From assembly GCA_015494585.1 (NCBI GenBank), contig WGAY01000006.1, forward strand, positions 1,335-65,334: DNA of 64,000 nucleotides. Reading direction: 5' to 3'. This DNA is from Candidatus Omnitrophota bacterium (GTDB taxonomy: Bacteria; Omnitrophota; Gorgyraeia; S143-82). Each line of letters starts with the position of its first letter. Position 1 is the first letter of the stretch. The position numbers and the translations under genes were made by a program. Positions 40,420 to 50,742 of the stretch are shown here, in pieces. A model generated the notes under the pieces. That model did not search any database. It was not told the DNA's origin and was given only the letters and a program-made list of their open reading frames with translations.

Positions 40420-43400
40420 TCAGTTCAATGTCAGCATACTGTTTACGTCCATACCAATCCAGATACCGCCGGGTTTCTTTACCTCTCCATTGGCAGGATT
40501 ATTCCCGCCTTCAAACTCCCCGCGCTTTTCAGCCATGTCTTGCCTGATAATCTCCTCTTCTCTTTTATCTATCTCTCTTGCGACCTTTTTTATGTTACCC
40601 AAGCCCAATGGCCCTAAAGGACCATTAGTATCGCTATCCCCACCCTCATCATCTCCGTTTTTAAGCCCAACCATTGCTGATGTGGGGTGGATAACAAACT
40701 CTATAGTTTTACCGTTTTTCTCGGGCTGGTTCCATCTGCCAGATGTAGTAACGGCTTTTACTGTAATATCCCGGCCTTCTCTCTGAGCTAAATGCTTTAA
40801 ATAGAGGAAATATATAATGCTTTTATATTCCCTTGAATCTGTGGACAACATATTTTCTGAAACCAAAATATCCAAAGCAAGCTTGAGGACATAGTCTAAA
40901 GGCAAGGATTTTATATTAACTCTTTGTGTGATCTTTTCCATAACTATAGAAAATAGAGCGGGGAATATCTCATTAAGCCTTTGATTTGGTGAATACTCAA
41001 ACAAAGTATTAATAACAAAGTCTATAACTTGCTCTTGCGCAACAACTCCCTTTTTATCCATATCAGCCAGCGCAGGCAGAACATTGGCAGGAACTGCCCA
41101 TTCTTCTTTTTCTATCCCTAATGTTAGGTCATAGTCACGCTCTTTCCCCTTTTTCCCCTCTACATCCAATTCAAACTCGTGTAAATCATAGTCATCTGAC
41201 TTTAAGGCCTTTAAGACTGCCCATGCAGTTTCTTTTATGTATTGTTTATCAAGGCCTTCGCTATTATAGTGCATATTCTCTATATCCCTTGGTTCTATAG
41301 CCCTCCAACGATGCTCAAATACATAATCCATAACATCAGAAGGCGATGTCAACTTCTCCTCTGGAATTATTGCAGTGCCATATACCACATCTGTTTTATT
41401 AAACACCATTTCTGTTGCCTGGGCTACCTTGACCACGTCTTCGCTTGCGTCCGGATGGACGAGCAGAACCGGCATTGTATATTTATCCTTTGCCAGTGCC
41501 TCAAAGGAGTGGTGGTTGTAGTCAGGGCCGTCGTAGATGAATATTAACTTATCAGGAAATGCCTTATTCAGGCCATCTCTCAAAACGGCCTTTTGTTTTT
41601 TTGTATATGGCCCGTAAAGGACAACATCTATGAACGGCTTTTCCCTGAAACCATTTATCTTGTGTATGCTGGTAATGACCTGTTCAAGGATCATATCCCC
41701 TGGCCTTTGGGGCGTTTCAATCTTTTTCAGATTATCCTTATACAACTGGACATTGCCCTGTCCAAGGTAGTTTATCTGATTAAACGCGGAGAAATACGTA
41801 GCAAGCATATACATAAAGCCCATATTTTCATATAACTCATCTCCCGGGAGGTTTATAAACCTGAAACCGTTTTTCTCTAATAATTCCTTTCTCTCCTTTG
41901 AGAACTCGCCTTTTACAAGCACCTCTATCTTGGGCATTATCCCTCTTTCAGGCGCCTTGCCGCCGATAGACTCCTGCCATAGCTGTGTAAGCCATATCCT
42001 GAACGACTCAATCGCCTCGTCTGAAAGGTGTTGCCTTAATTTTTTCGGAATAACTATTGCCACCCTCGGGCCAACGCCTTCCAGATAAAGGATATTGCTC
42101 AATATAAATGCCTCTTTATATGCCCGCTTATTTATTGAATTGAAAGGATTGAATATAATCCCTCTCCAACGCTCGATCATGTTATAAACTCTGGAATAAA
42201 AACTAGAGAGGGCATCTTCATTATCCCTTTCCATCTCTACGAACCACAGATATTCCATTATCAGATACACGCCCGTCCATGGAGAACTAAATCTACCGCC
42301 AATGTCGGTCTTCTCGTCAGGCTGTAGAGGAAATGCCCTAATCTGTTTATCTATATCTTCATCTATCACCTTTCCTTCATTGCCTTTATCCACTAGCCAC
42401 AGGAAGTTTTTCTTTATAATCCTATTGCCTTCTGCTTCTCCTTTCTCCCTTGCAATATCTTTTAATATCCGTGCAATGGTATGGGTCTCATATGTAGTGC
42501 CGCTCTTTGATATCAGGACAACAGCTGTATCTTCCAGATCAACGTCCTTTTTCTTTAATGCCTTCTCTATAGCGGCCCTATCTGGCGTATCAAATGCAAG
42601 GACATTATCCAGCTTATATGCCTCTTTCATCAGCTTTACGCTGTTGATAGAGCCGCCCATCCCAACCACGATCACGTTTTTCTTGCCAGCTAATTTCTCT
42701 GCTATTGGCTCTATCCACTCTTCAATTACATAAAGCAGGCCCGGCCTTGCCCAGCCAAGACGGAAGTTTTCACCATCAAAGCCTATATTTTTAAACACAT
42801 TGTCTTCCTCTATATTATCCGGGTCTTTTATTGCATCCTTTAAATCATCCAAAATCTTTTCCTTAGAGCTAAATAATATCCCTCCTTTATTCTCTTCATA
42901 ATACCTTTCGAGCATCCTATTTAATGTATCAAATTCCCTGCCTTCAGGGGAAAACTCTTCTAAGAATCTGCGGATAATTTCTACCTCTGCAGTACTGTTT
43001 TCTGGATTTTCATTTATCTTATCCAATAAAGGATCTAAAAGGATCCCGAGGACATCGCCGCTACTTACACTGGTATCACCATCACCAAGATCATTAGTAT
43101 CATAATGTTCCACACCCTTTAAGAACTCAGATAATCCTGATAGACTGCTAAAGTCTATCTCTATCTTTTCCCCCTTTAAAGCAGCGGCATCAATTGCTGT
43201 TTTTAGCCTATCCATAAAAAAAGGCATAAAATCACCCTTGATCTTCCTCATAGCCTTCAAAAAGGCAACACGATTGTCATAATCATGAACAGGGTCATTC
43301 AAATATGCTTTCAATTCCTCCACATCTATATCATAATCCCACTTTACGGCTTCTGTTTTTGGATACCATTGCCCCGCTTGAGGGGTATACGTATGCCTTG

Positions 43401-44331
43401 TAACAAGTTCTGTAGCCTTAAGTCCTTCCAGCGTCGCTTTCTTATATTTCTCCCGCGCTGCCTTATCCATTTCTACATATTTCTTATTCTTCGGCTCTGC
43501 CTGCACCCCGCCGGTTATAAAGTCCTCATCTCCATTGCCATAATAGCTGGTGATATACCTATCCAAGTACTCCCTTACCACCCAGAAGTCTTTGGACTCG
43601 CCTATCTTTGAATAGCGCGTATCTGCAAGGCTTGACAGCTCTCCCTTGACCTTCGAGCGCTTTTTATACCAGTCAGCAAGAATAACCGCTGATATCGCCC
43701 TGCGCAGGGCGCTAAATTCAGCGCTGTTGTTTATCGCCTTCTCTATACCAGGGATGACATAATCCTGAAATATCTTTGCCATAGCAGGGTTATCCTCGCT
43801 AAACTCTACATTTACCCCGAGATGAAGTCTCTTTATCTCTGCGCTTGCCCTGTCCTTTGCCTCGGCTATCGTTACTGTCTCTGGCTGTATCCATACCCTG
43901 AATGCCGGCATTGTCCCATCTCCGTCATATACCTCCTCTATTGCCTCTGCGACCTCATCACCGGACAGGGCCTGTTTTACCATCTCTTTTAGCTTGATAT
44001 CCGCATCTAAAAACACCTTTGCCAGCTCTGTTCCCATAAGGTTGGGAGAGACCACATTCTCAGGCATATTGTATATATTTAAGTCAACCATTATCTCCTC
44101 TATCGGGAAGGCTATCCCTGTAAGGAAAAACTTCATATCTCGGCCTGCTATATCCTTATCCACGTCCTTATCCCCAAACAACAGGGAAAATCCGCCCATC
44201 TTATCCAAGTTTACGCCAACTACGCCTGGATTAGCGGTTATCACCTGGGCAAAACCCGATGGCAGAGATAGCTGGACAATCAGAACCAAAACCAACCCTA
44301 ATCTCATCAGCCTTTCCATTCCCATTTTCAA
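40420..44331 (-). CDS. 1303-aa protein with signal-peptide-like N-terminus and an internal glucose-6-phosphate isomerase (PGI/SIS) domain; flanking regions have no recognisable family
   Basis: N-terminus MKMGMERLMRLGLVLVLIVQLSLPSGFAQ. Residues about 530-900 carry PGI signatures: VIVVGMGGSINS, LISKSGTTYETH, TDIGGRFSSPWTGV (DxxGGRFS) and WLTQLWQESIGGK (ESxGK). Confidence 0.5.
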   Translation of the reverse strand: MKMGMERLMRLGLVLVLIVQLSLPSGFAQVITANPGVVGVNLDKMGGFSLLFGDKDVDKDIAGRDMKFFLTGIAFPIEEIMVDLNIYNMPENVVSPNLMGTELAKVFLDADIKLKEMVKQALSGDEVAEAIEEVYDGDGTMPAFRVWIQPETVTIAEAKDRASAEIKRLHLGVNVEFSEDNPAMAKIFQDYVIPGIEKAINNSAEFSALRRAISAVILADWYKKRSKVKGELSSLADTRYSKIGESKDFWVVREYLDRYITSYYGNGDEDFITGGVQAEPKNKKYVEMDKAAREKYKKATLEGLKATELVTRHTYTPQAGQWYPKTEAVKWDYDIDVEELKAYLNDPVHDYDNRVAFLKAMRKIKGDFMPFFMDRLKTAIDAAALKGEKIEIDFSSLSGLSEFLKGVEHYDTNDLGDGDTSVSSGDVLGILLDPLLDKINENPENSTAEVEIIRRFLEEFSPEGREFDTLNRMLERYYEENKGGILFSSKEKILDDLKDAIKDPDNIEEDNVFKNIGFDGENFRLGWARPGLLYVIEEWIEPIAEKLAGKKNVIVVGMGGSINSVKLMKEAYKLDNVLAFDTPDRAAIEKALKKKDVDLEDTAVVLISKSGTTYETHTIARILKDIAREKGEAEGNRIIKKNFLWLVDKGNEGKVIDEDIDKQIRAFPLQPDEKTDIGGRFSSPWTGVYLIMEYLWFVEMERDNEDALSSFYSRVYNMIERWRGIIFNPFNSINKRAYKEAFILSNILYLEGVGPRVAIVIPKKLRQHLSDEAIESFRIWLTQLWQESIGGKAPERGIMPKIEVLVKGEFSKERKELLEKNGFRFINLPGDELYENMGFMYMLATYFSAFNQINYLGQGNVQLYKDNLKKIETPQRPGDMILEQVITSIHKINGFREKPFIDVVLYGPYTKKQKAVLRDGLNKAFPDKLIFIYDGPDYNHHSFEALAKDKYTMPVLLVHPDASEDVVKVAQATEMVFNKTDVVYGTAIIPEEKLTSPSDVMDYVFEHRWRAIEPRDIENMHYNSEGLDKQYIKETAWAVLKALKSDDYDLHEFELDVEGKKGKERDYDLTLGIEKEEWAVPANVLPALADMDKKGVVAQEQVIDFVINTLFEYSPNQRLNEIFPALFSIVMEKITQRVNIKSLPLDYVLKLALDILVSENMLSTDSREYKSIIYFLYLKHLAQREGRDITVKAVTTSGRWNQPEKNGKTIEFVIHPTSAMVGLKNGDDEGGDSDTNGPLGPLGLGNIKKVAREIDKREEEIIRQDMAEKRGEFEGGNNPANGEVKKPGGIWIGMDVNSMLTLN

Positions 44332-44507
44332 CCTCCTGGTTAACGCCTATACTTTCAAAACTCTAGAGAAATAACTTTGAAAGATTTTAAAGTAAATTTA
44401 AAAACTGGTCAAGCAAAATTATGCCTACATCATACATACATAAACATAAATAAAACATCAGCGTTAATTGGAGACTGAATATATACTGGATAGTCCTAAG
44501 CAGGTAT

Positions 44508-44741
44508 TTATTCTGGATCTATCTCGGCCAGGAGCATATCTTCTCCAAGGACATCTCCTTCTCCTTTATATATTCTGGAAAGCCGACCCTTGATTGGTGA
44601 GGGAACTACAAAAGAGGCCTTATCAGTTACCAGTTCTACCAGGTCCTGGTCCTTATCCACCATATCCCCTTCTTTAACAAACCACTCAACTATCTTCGCC
44701 TCAAATAAATCCTCGCCTATTTCCGGCACCTTTAATTCCAT
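44508..44741 (-). CDS. stand-alone lipoyl (biotin/lipoyl attachment) domain protein
   Basis: LVELVTDKASFVVPSPIKG contains the E2-type lipoyl-lysine motif TDKA inside a roughly 75-aa hybrid-barrel-sized ORF. The likely start is the internal Met (MELKVPE). Confidence 0.5.
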   Translation of the reverse strand: MELKVPEIGEDLFEAKIVEWFVKEGDMVDKDQDLVELVTDKASFVVPSPIKGRLSRIYKGEGDVLGEDMLLAEIDPE

Positions 44742-44755
44742 ATTCCTCTCCCCTG

Positions 44756-45523
44756 TCAAAAGACGAAGTAAAAAATCGTACTCAACACCCAATCAGCAGC
44801 AATTATAGTGATGAAGGACAGGACAACCGACCGCATCGTCGCTGCCCCAACTCCTTCAGCGCCCCCTGATGCATTCAGGCCCTCCTCACAGCTTATCATA
44901 GCAATTATCACTGCAAATGTAATCGATTTCACGAGTGATATCACCAGGTCTTTGAACATAATCGAACTAAAGGCCGTATTTATATATATCTGGGAGGGGA
45001 TAGAAAGGTTGTAGACACAGACATAATAGCCTCCCATTATGCCAATCATATTCGCTATTATGACAAGTACAGGAAGACCTACAAGAAATGCCACAAATCT
45101 AGGTACTACCAGATACTTTATTGGATTTACCGCCAGGGCCCTCAAGGCATCTATCTGCTCGGTTATCCTCATACTGGCTATCTCAGCGGTTACCGCACCG
45201 CCTGCCCTCCCAGCAACCACCAGCGCAGTAAGGACAGGGCCAAGTTCCCTGACTAGTGAAAGGGCAACCAGGGAGGATATATACATCTCTGCCGAGACCT
45301 TTTGCATCTGATAGGCAGTCTGGACGGCCATAATCATTCCAGTAAATAGGGCCACCAAGGAAACGATACCCAGGCTATCTATCCCAATCCTTACGAGTTG
45401 GTGTATAGCCTTGCCTGGTCCATAGGGTGGGACAAAGGCCCAGACTACTGTCTGGGAAAAGAGTATGACCAGACGTCCCAGATACTCAAACCAGCCGGAT
45501 ATGGCATCAAGCAGTCTCTTCAA
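44756..45523 (-). CDS. mlaE: phospholipid ABC transporter permease MlaE
   Basis: MlaE/Ttg2B family sequence with 5-6 TM helices and VPRFVAFLVGLPVLV. The start is uncertain; the track ORF 44756..45589 overlaps the clpC 3' end. Confidence 0.75.
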   Translation of the reverse strand: MKRLLDAISGWFEYLGRLVILFSQTVVWAFVPPYGPGKAIHQLVRIGIDSLGIVSLVALFTGMIMAVQTAYQMQKVSAEMYISSLVALSLVRELGPVLTALVVAGRAGGAVTAEIASMRITEQIDALRALAVNPIKYLVVPRFVAFLVGLPVLVIIANMIGIMGGYYVCVYNLSIPSQIYINTAFSSIMFKDLVISLVKSITFAVIIAMISCEEGLNASGGAEGVGAATMRSVVLSFITIIAADWVLSTIFYFVF

Positions 45524-47981
45524 TCTTCTCCAATTCGCTCTGGGTCTGGGGGATAAAGCTAAGCTCATCCCTGCCTTCTTCCCTGACAAGACGGACCTTT
45601 TTCTTCTCTTTCAATGTCCCCTTTATTATCTCCTCTGCCAGGGGATCCTCGACATAGCGCTGTATGGTCCTCTTTAATGGGCGTGCACCGTATACAGGAT
45701 CGAATCCTTTGTCTATCAGAAAATCAAGTGCACTCTTATCCAAATCCAGTTCTATTCCGTGTTCCTGCACGCGTCTTAACACACCCTCTATCTCTATGTG
45801 TACTATCTTTTCAAGGTCATCCCTTGAAAGCGGCCTGAAGACAATTATCTCATCTATTCTATTGATAAATTCTGGTTTGAAGGCCTTTTTAACCTCTGAC
45901 ATCAGCTTGTCTTTTATGTCCTTATGGGTATCCTCCTCTTTAGGTACATGGAAGCCAAGAGAACCCTGTTTCTTGAGCAGGTTTGCTCCCACATTAGAGG
46001 TCATTATAAGTATAGTATTACGGAAATCGACCTTCCTGCCGTAGCTATCTGTAAGCCTGCCGTCCTCCAGGACCTGCAACAGGAGATTGAACACATCCGG
46101 ATGGGCCTTCTCTATTTCATCTAAAAGGACCACAGAATAGGGACGCCTTCGCACCTTCTCCGTCAGCTGGCCACCTTCTTCGTAACCAACATAGCCAGGA
46201 GGCGCACCTACCAGACGCGAGACATTGAACTTTTCCATATATTCAGACATATCTATCTGTACCAGTGCATCTTCGTCCCCGAACATAAATTCCGCCAAGG
46301 CACGCGCCAGGAGGGTCTTTCCAACACCTGTCGGTCCCAGAAATATAAAGGAACCGATTGGCCTGCGTGGGTCCTTTATACCGGCCCGAGAGCGCCTTAC
46401 TGCCCTGGCTATGGCAGAGATGGCCTCGTCCTGACCAATTACCCTTCGCTTGAGTTCTTCCTCTATCTTCATAAGCTTTTCGCTTTCTGTTTCCTCCAAT
46501 TTGGTTAGAGGTATACCAGTCCACTGAGAGACTACCTGGGCAATATCTTCGGCCGTTACCTCTACCACTGCCTCGGCCTTCCTGGCCTCCCATTGTCTCC
46601 TAGCCTCCTCTAACCTATTACGGGCATCCTTTTCCATATCCCTTATCTTGGCGGCCTCCTCGAAATTCTGCTGGGATATATATTCTTCCTTTTTCTTTTT
46701 CAAAGACTCTACCTCTCTCTCTAGATCCACAATTTCTTCTGGGACAGTCATAACCGACAGCTTCGCCTTGGCACCTGCCTCATCTATCAGGTCTATTGCC
46801 TTATCTGGCAGGGCCCGTCCTGTTATGTACTTATCAGATAGCACAGCCGCTGCCTCCAGGGCCTCGTCCAAATATTTTATCTTGTGGTGTTCTTCATACT
46901 TTAGTTTCAACCCCTTTAGGATCTCTATTGTCTCCTCTACAGTCGGAGGGTCAACCACTATGGTCTGGAACCTCCGTTCCAATGCAGCATCCTTTTCTAT
47001 GTATTTACGATACTCATCAAAGGTGGTAGCTCCAATACACTGTATCTCCCCACGCGCAAGGGCCGGTTTTAATATATTTGAGGCATCTATTGCCCCTTCT
47101 GCCGCACCCGCACCCACCAAAGTATGCAGCTCATCGATAAATATTATTATATTTTCTGATTTTTTTATCTCATCCATTACTGCCTTTATCCTCTCCTCAA
47201 ACTGCCCCCTATACTTGGTGCCAGCAACCATCAGGGCCAGATCAAGGACGATAATCCGTTTATTATGTAAAACTTCCGGAATATTGCCCTCCACAATCCT
47301 CTGGGCAAGTCCCTCCACTATAGCGGTCTTACCAACTCCTGCTTCTCCAAGCAATACGGGATTGTTTTTTGTCCTGCGGGAAAGTATCTGGATAACCCGC
47401 TCTATCTCCTTTTTTCTGCCTATAACTGGATCAAGCTTATTTTCTTTGGCCAATGCAGTAAGGTCACGGCCAAATGCATCAAGTGCAGGTGTCTTTGACT
47501 TTTGCTGGCCCTGGCCTTGCTGGGCACTTGAAGGTCCGGGTATCCCCGCTCCCAAAAGATTCATCACCTCGGTCCTTACGCGATCTATGGTAAGCCCAAA
47601 TCCTTGCAGAACCTGGGCAGCTATTCCTTCCCCTTCTCTAATGAGCCCTAACAAGAGATGCTCCGTACCGATGTAATTATGTCCCATTGCCCGGGCCTCT
47701 TCTCCAGCAAGCTCAAGGGCCTTCTTGGCACGAGGGGTAAACGGAATCTCTCCGGACTTGCCTGTATCAACACCAGGTTCAACGAGCTTCTCTATCTCTT
47801 TTCTCACCTTTTCAAAGTTAAGATCTGCCCTGTGCAATACAGCCGCAGCTACTCCTTCTCCTTCTTTCAATATTCCAAGCAACAGGTGTTCGGTGGCTAT
47901 GTAATCATGATGCAACCGTCTTGCCTCTTCTTTAGCAAATATAATAACCTTACGCGCGCGTTCCGTAAATCTATTAAACAT
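45507..47981 (-). CDS. clpC: ATP-dependent Clp protease ATP-binding subunit ClpC
   Basis: Duplicated Clp_N repeats, two AAA+ modules ([15 protein letters not shown]; [12 protein letters not shown]), and a UVR-like linker. Confidence 0.85.
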   Translation of the reverse strand: MFNRFTERARKVIIFAKEEARRLHHDYIATEHLLLGILKEGEGVAAAVLHRADLNFEKVRKEIEKLVEPGVDTGKSGEIPFTPRAKKALELAGEEARAMGHNYIGTEHLLLGLIREGEGIAAQVLQGFGLTIDRVRTEVMNLLGAGIPGPSSAQQGQGQQKSKTPALDAFGRDLTALAKENKLDPVIGRKKEIERVIQILSRRTKNNPVLLGEAGVGKTAIVEGLAQRIVEGNIPEVLHNKRIIVLDLALMVAGTKYRGQFEERIKAVMDEIKKSENIIIFIDELHTLVGAGAAEGAIDASNILKPALARGEIQCIGATTFDEYRKYIEKDAALERRFQTIVVDPPTVEETIEILKGLKLKYEEHHKIKYLDEALEAAAVLSDKYITGRALPDKAIDLIDEAGAKAKLSVMTVPEEIVDLEREVESLKKKKEEYISQQNFEEAAKIRDMEKDARNRLEEARRQWEARKAEAVVEVTAEDIAQVVSQWTGIPLTKLEETESEKLMKIEEELKRRVIGQDEAISAIARAVRRSRAGIKDPRRPIGSFIFLGPTGVGKTLLARALAEFMFGDEDALVQIDMSEYMEKFNVSRLVGAPPGYVGYEEGGQLTEKVRRRPYSVVLLDEIEKAHPDVFNLLLQVLEDGRLTDSYGRKVDFRNTILIMTSNVGANLLKKQGSLGFHVPKEEDTHKDIKDKLMSEVKKAFKPEFINRIDEIIVFRPLSRDDLEKIVHIEIEGVLRRVQEHGIELDLDKSALDFLIDKGFDPVYGARPLKRTIQRYVEDPLAEEIIKGTLKEKKKVRLVREEGRDELSFIPQTQSELEKIEETA

Positions 47982-49101
47982 TTCCTCTCTCCTCCCTGTC
48001 GAGGTCAGGGCTATGCCCCTGTTTGTTCAACCGATTTCTTAATATGTTTGCCCGTTTCACATCCCTCTGCCTGGTAGATAGTTTCCTGCCGCTTATCTTC
48101 TGCAGATGGGCTGGTTGTATTATTATAAATAAATCGTTTATTAGTTTCAATTCAAGCCCTTTTATCATACCAAGACTGCTGCCAAGTCTCAACATCGAAA
48201 GATATTCTAGGGCCTCTGCACTGTTCATTATACGGGCGTTCTTCAAAAGTCCATAGGCCCGCCATATCCGGTCCTCGAGCATAACGCGCGATGTACGCAT
48301 AATCTTCTCCCTGGCATGTGTCTCCTGGTCTATTATCTGACCGGCAATTCGCTTGATATTCTCTATCAACTCTGTCTCTGAATAGCCCAGACAAGCCTGA
48401 TTGGATATCTGAAATATGTTGCCCATTGCCTGCGTGCCTTCGCCATAAAGGCCCCTTGCAGTAAAATTAAGTTGGGAAATAGTCTGCAGGACTCGGTTTA
48501 TTTGTTTGGTAATTACCAGGGCAGGCAGATGCATCATCAGAGACCCCCGCATAGCTGTGCCTGTATTGGTCGGACAGGATGTCAGGAACCCTAGATCAGG
48601 AGAAAAGGCGAATTCCAGCACTTGAGACAACTTATCGTCCAGTTCATTCATCTCTGCCCAGGCCCTATCTAGGTCAAATCCTCCCACAACCACCTGCATA
48701 CGCATATGGTCTTCTTCATTTATCATCATAGAAACACCCTCATCTGGGGTCAAGGCTATCGCCTTGCCAGGTCCTTCGACCGTGTGCTCGTAACTGATAA
48801 GGTGTCTCTCCACCAGAAACTGGCGATCTAGCTCGTTTATATCCTCCATATTTATAAACCATCTATCTTTGAAAATCTCAATGTCCGATAGGGCAGAATA
48901 TATCTCCTCTCTGACTTTATTCAGAGTAGCCTCGTCAGCCCTGTGGGGAAAAGGATAACTGGCAAGGTTTCTCGCTAAACGAATACGGCTGGAGATAACA
49001 ATATCTGAACCATATACCGGTTCAAGCCACCGACTCCGGCTCGACAATAAATTGGCTATAATCTCTTTTGCTGAAAGACCACTCTGCGTATTCATCTCCA
49101 T
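47974..49101 (-). CDS. mcsB: protein arginine kinase McsB
   Basis: ATP:guanido phosphotransferase fold with SRIRLARNLASYPFP and the CPTNTGT-like motif (SCPTNTGTAMR). Confidence 0.85.
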   Translation of the reverse strand: MEMNTQSGLSAKEIIANLLSSRSRWLEPVYGSDIVISSRIRLARNLASYPFPHRADEATLNKVREEIYSALSDIEIFKDRWFINMEDINELDRQFLVERHLISYEHTVEGPGKAIALTPDEGVSMMINEEDHMRMQVVVGGFDLDRAWAEMNELDDKLSQVLEFAFSPDLGFLTSCPTNTGTAMRGSLMMHLPALVITKQINRVLQTISQLNFTARGLYGEGTQAMGNIFQISNQACLGYSETELIENIKRIAGQIIDQETHAREKIMRTSRVMLEDRIWRAYGLLKNARIMNSAEALEYLSMLRLGSSLGMIKGLELKLINDLFIIIQPAHLQKISGRKLSTRQRDVKRANILRNRLNKQGHSPDLDREERGNV

Positions 49102-49104
49102 CCT

Positions 49105-49608
49105 TTACTGTGCAGGCTCACTCTCCAAGGCCCTTATCTCATCCCGAATCCTGGCGGCCTCTTCAAAGGCCTCCTCTTCTATTGCCTTGTGCAAGGCCTT
49201 CTTTAATTCCAACAGGCGCATTTGTCTCTCTATAGAACTTGGGATTTTTTTCGGCTGTTTTCCCATGTGTTCATTGGAGCCATGGATGTTACGAAGCAAA
49301 GAAACCAGGGCGTCCTTAAAGGCAGTATAGCACTGACTACAGCCAAGTCTGCCTATCTTTCGAAAATCCCTATAGCTAAGCCCACAAGAGGGACAAACAG
49401 CAGGATTTCCCTTGTCCACTGTCTTTTTCTCAGGCGCAATTCCTCCCAGAAAGACCTGAAAACCCATCGGCACCTGCATCTGGGCAGCTTTTTCTTGAGC
49501 ACAAGATTCACATATATGCATCTCAACAACCTTACCGTTTACGATCTCGGTCAAATGCACCGTTGCCTCTGCCTTATTGCATATATCGCACAGCATAAGT
49601 TTCTCCAT
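49105..49608 (-). CDS. mcsA: protein arginine kinase activator McsA
   Basis: Two CxxC zinc-finger pairs (CDICNK...CESC; CPSCG...CSQC) and a C-terminal UVR motif (EEAARIRDEIRALE). Confidence 0.8.
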   Translation of the reverse strand: MEKLMLCDICNKAEATVHLTEIVNGKVVEMHICESCAQEKAAQMQVPMGFQVFLGGIAPEKKTVDKGNPAVCPSCGLSYRDFRKIGRLGCSQCYTAFKDALVSLLRNIHGSNEHMGKQPKKIPSSIERQMRLLELKKALHKAIEEEAFEEAARIRDEIRALESEPAQ

Positions 49609-49614
49609 TCTAAA

Positions 49615-50742
49615 TCAGGCAAATAGCACCGCCTCAGCCGCTGCTATTGCCCCATCTTTAACCTTATAGCCCATCTTCTTCAAGACGACCTCAATACAGG
49701 ATAGCCCCACGATTATATCAAACTCCTCTATCCATCCCATATGGGCCATCCTAAATATCTTTCCCTTGAGCTGGGCCTGTCCACCCGCCATAGTTACGCC
49801 ATACTCGTCGCGCATCGTCTTTACGAACTTTACCCCATCTATACCATCCGGCACCTTTACCGCAGTAACCCCATTACTGGGGGCAGTCGCAAATAATTCC
49901 AGGCCCATTGCCTTAACGCCTGCACGGGTCGCCTCTGCCATACGTCTATATCTATTCCACATATTTTCAATCCCATTGCTCTTATAGTAATTTACTACCT
50001 CTCTTAAGGCAACGATGAGAGAGACTGCAGAGGTATAAGGCGTATCTGGCTTCTCTCCTGCCTTCCTATATTTCCTCAAGTCCAGATAATAACGGCCAGA
50101 TTTAGAGGCCTCTACCCACTTCCAGGCACGCTTGGAAAGTGCAATGAATGCCAGACCTGGCGGAAGCATTAGCCCTTTCTGAGAACCAGAGACTACCACA
50201 TCCACTCCCCACTCATCCATTAAGAGGGGAGAGACGCCCATTGAGGATATGGCATCGACCACCAATAGGGTATCAGATGCAGAGGTTATTTTGGCAATAG
50301 ATTCCACATCCGTATCAATACCTGTCGAGGTCTCACAATGCGTGATAAATATTGCCTTCGCCTCTGGATTGGCCTTTAAGGCAGACTCTATCTCCTCGGG
50401 AGCAACTGCCTGCCCCCATGGAACCTGTATAGAGATCACCTCCATTCCATAGGAGGCGGCTATCTCACGCCACCTTTCCCCGAACTTGCCCCCCTCAACC
50501 ACTATCACCTTATCACCTGGAGAGGCGACATTGGCAACCGCTGCCTCCATTGCCCCTGTACCAGAAGAGGAGATTATGTATACTGTCTCTTTAGTCTGGA
50601 ATATGTACTTCAATCCCTCCATAGCCTCTTTGAGTATCTGCTGAAACTGAGGGGTCCTGTGATGTATGATTGGCCTGGACAGGGCCTCTCTTACAAAATC
50701 TGGTATGGGTGTGGGTCCTGGTGTGAGTATATAATTCTTCAT
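49615..50742 (-). CDS. class V aminotransferase (alanine-glyoxylate / serine-pyruvate aminotransferase family)
   Basis: [15 protein letters not shown]-terminus and the PLP-lysine region [13 protein letters not shown]. Confidence 0.8.
   Translation of the reverse strand: MKNYILTPGPTPIPDFVREALSRPIIHHRTPQFQQILKEAMEGLKYIFQTKETVYIISSSGTGAMEAAVANVASPGDKVIVVEGGKFGERWREIAASYGMEVISIQVPWGQAVAPEEIESALKANPEAKAIFITHCETSTGIDTDVESIAKITSASDTLLVVDAISSMGVSPLLMDEWGVDVVVSGSQKGLMLPPGLAFIALSKRAWKWVEASKSGRYYLDLRKYRKAGEKPDTPYTSAVSLIVALREVVNYYKSNGIENMWNRYRRMAEATRAGVKAMGLELFATAPSNGVTAVKVPDGIDGVKFVKTMRDEYGVTMAGGQAQLKGKIFRMAHMGWIEEFDIIVGLSCIEVVLKKMGYKVKDGAIAAAEAVLFA

Noticed and set aside
44400-44440. Possible sigma-54 promoter (GGCAT-N-TGCTT on the minus strand) upstream of the giant gene
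   Set aside because: The spacing between the GG and GC elements is off by one relative to the strict TGGCAC-N5-TTGCW consensus.
45507-45589. 83-nt overlap between the clpC 3' end and the mlaE 5' end as evidence of a gene fusion or frameshift
   Set aside because: Alignment to E. coli MlaE suggests the real mlaE start is about 20 codons downstream of the first ATG, possibly a TTG near 45523. That leaves only a short overlap typical of this tightly packed region.
46648-47676. 342-aa plus-strand ORF (Ser/Ala-rich) and other plus-strand ORFs of 60-185 aa throughout the window
   Set aside because: They lie antisense within well-supported minus-strand genes (here clpC). They have low-complexity composition and no recognisable motifs. 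These are typical shadow ORFs of coding DNA.
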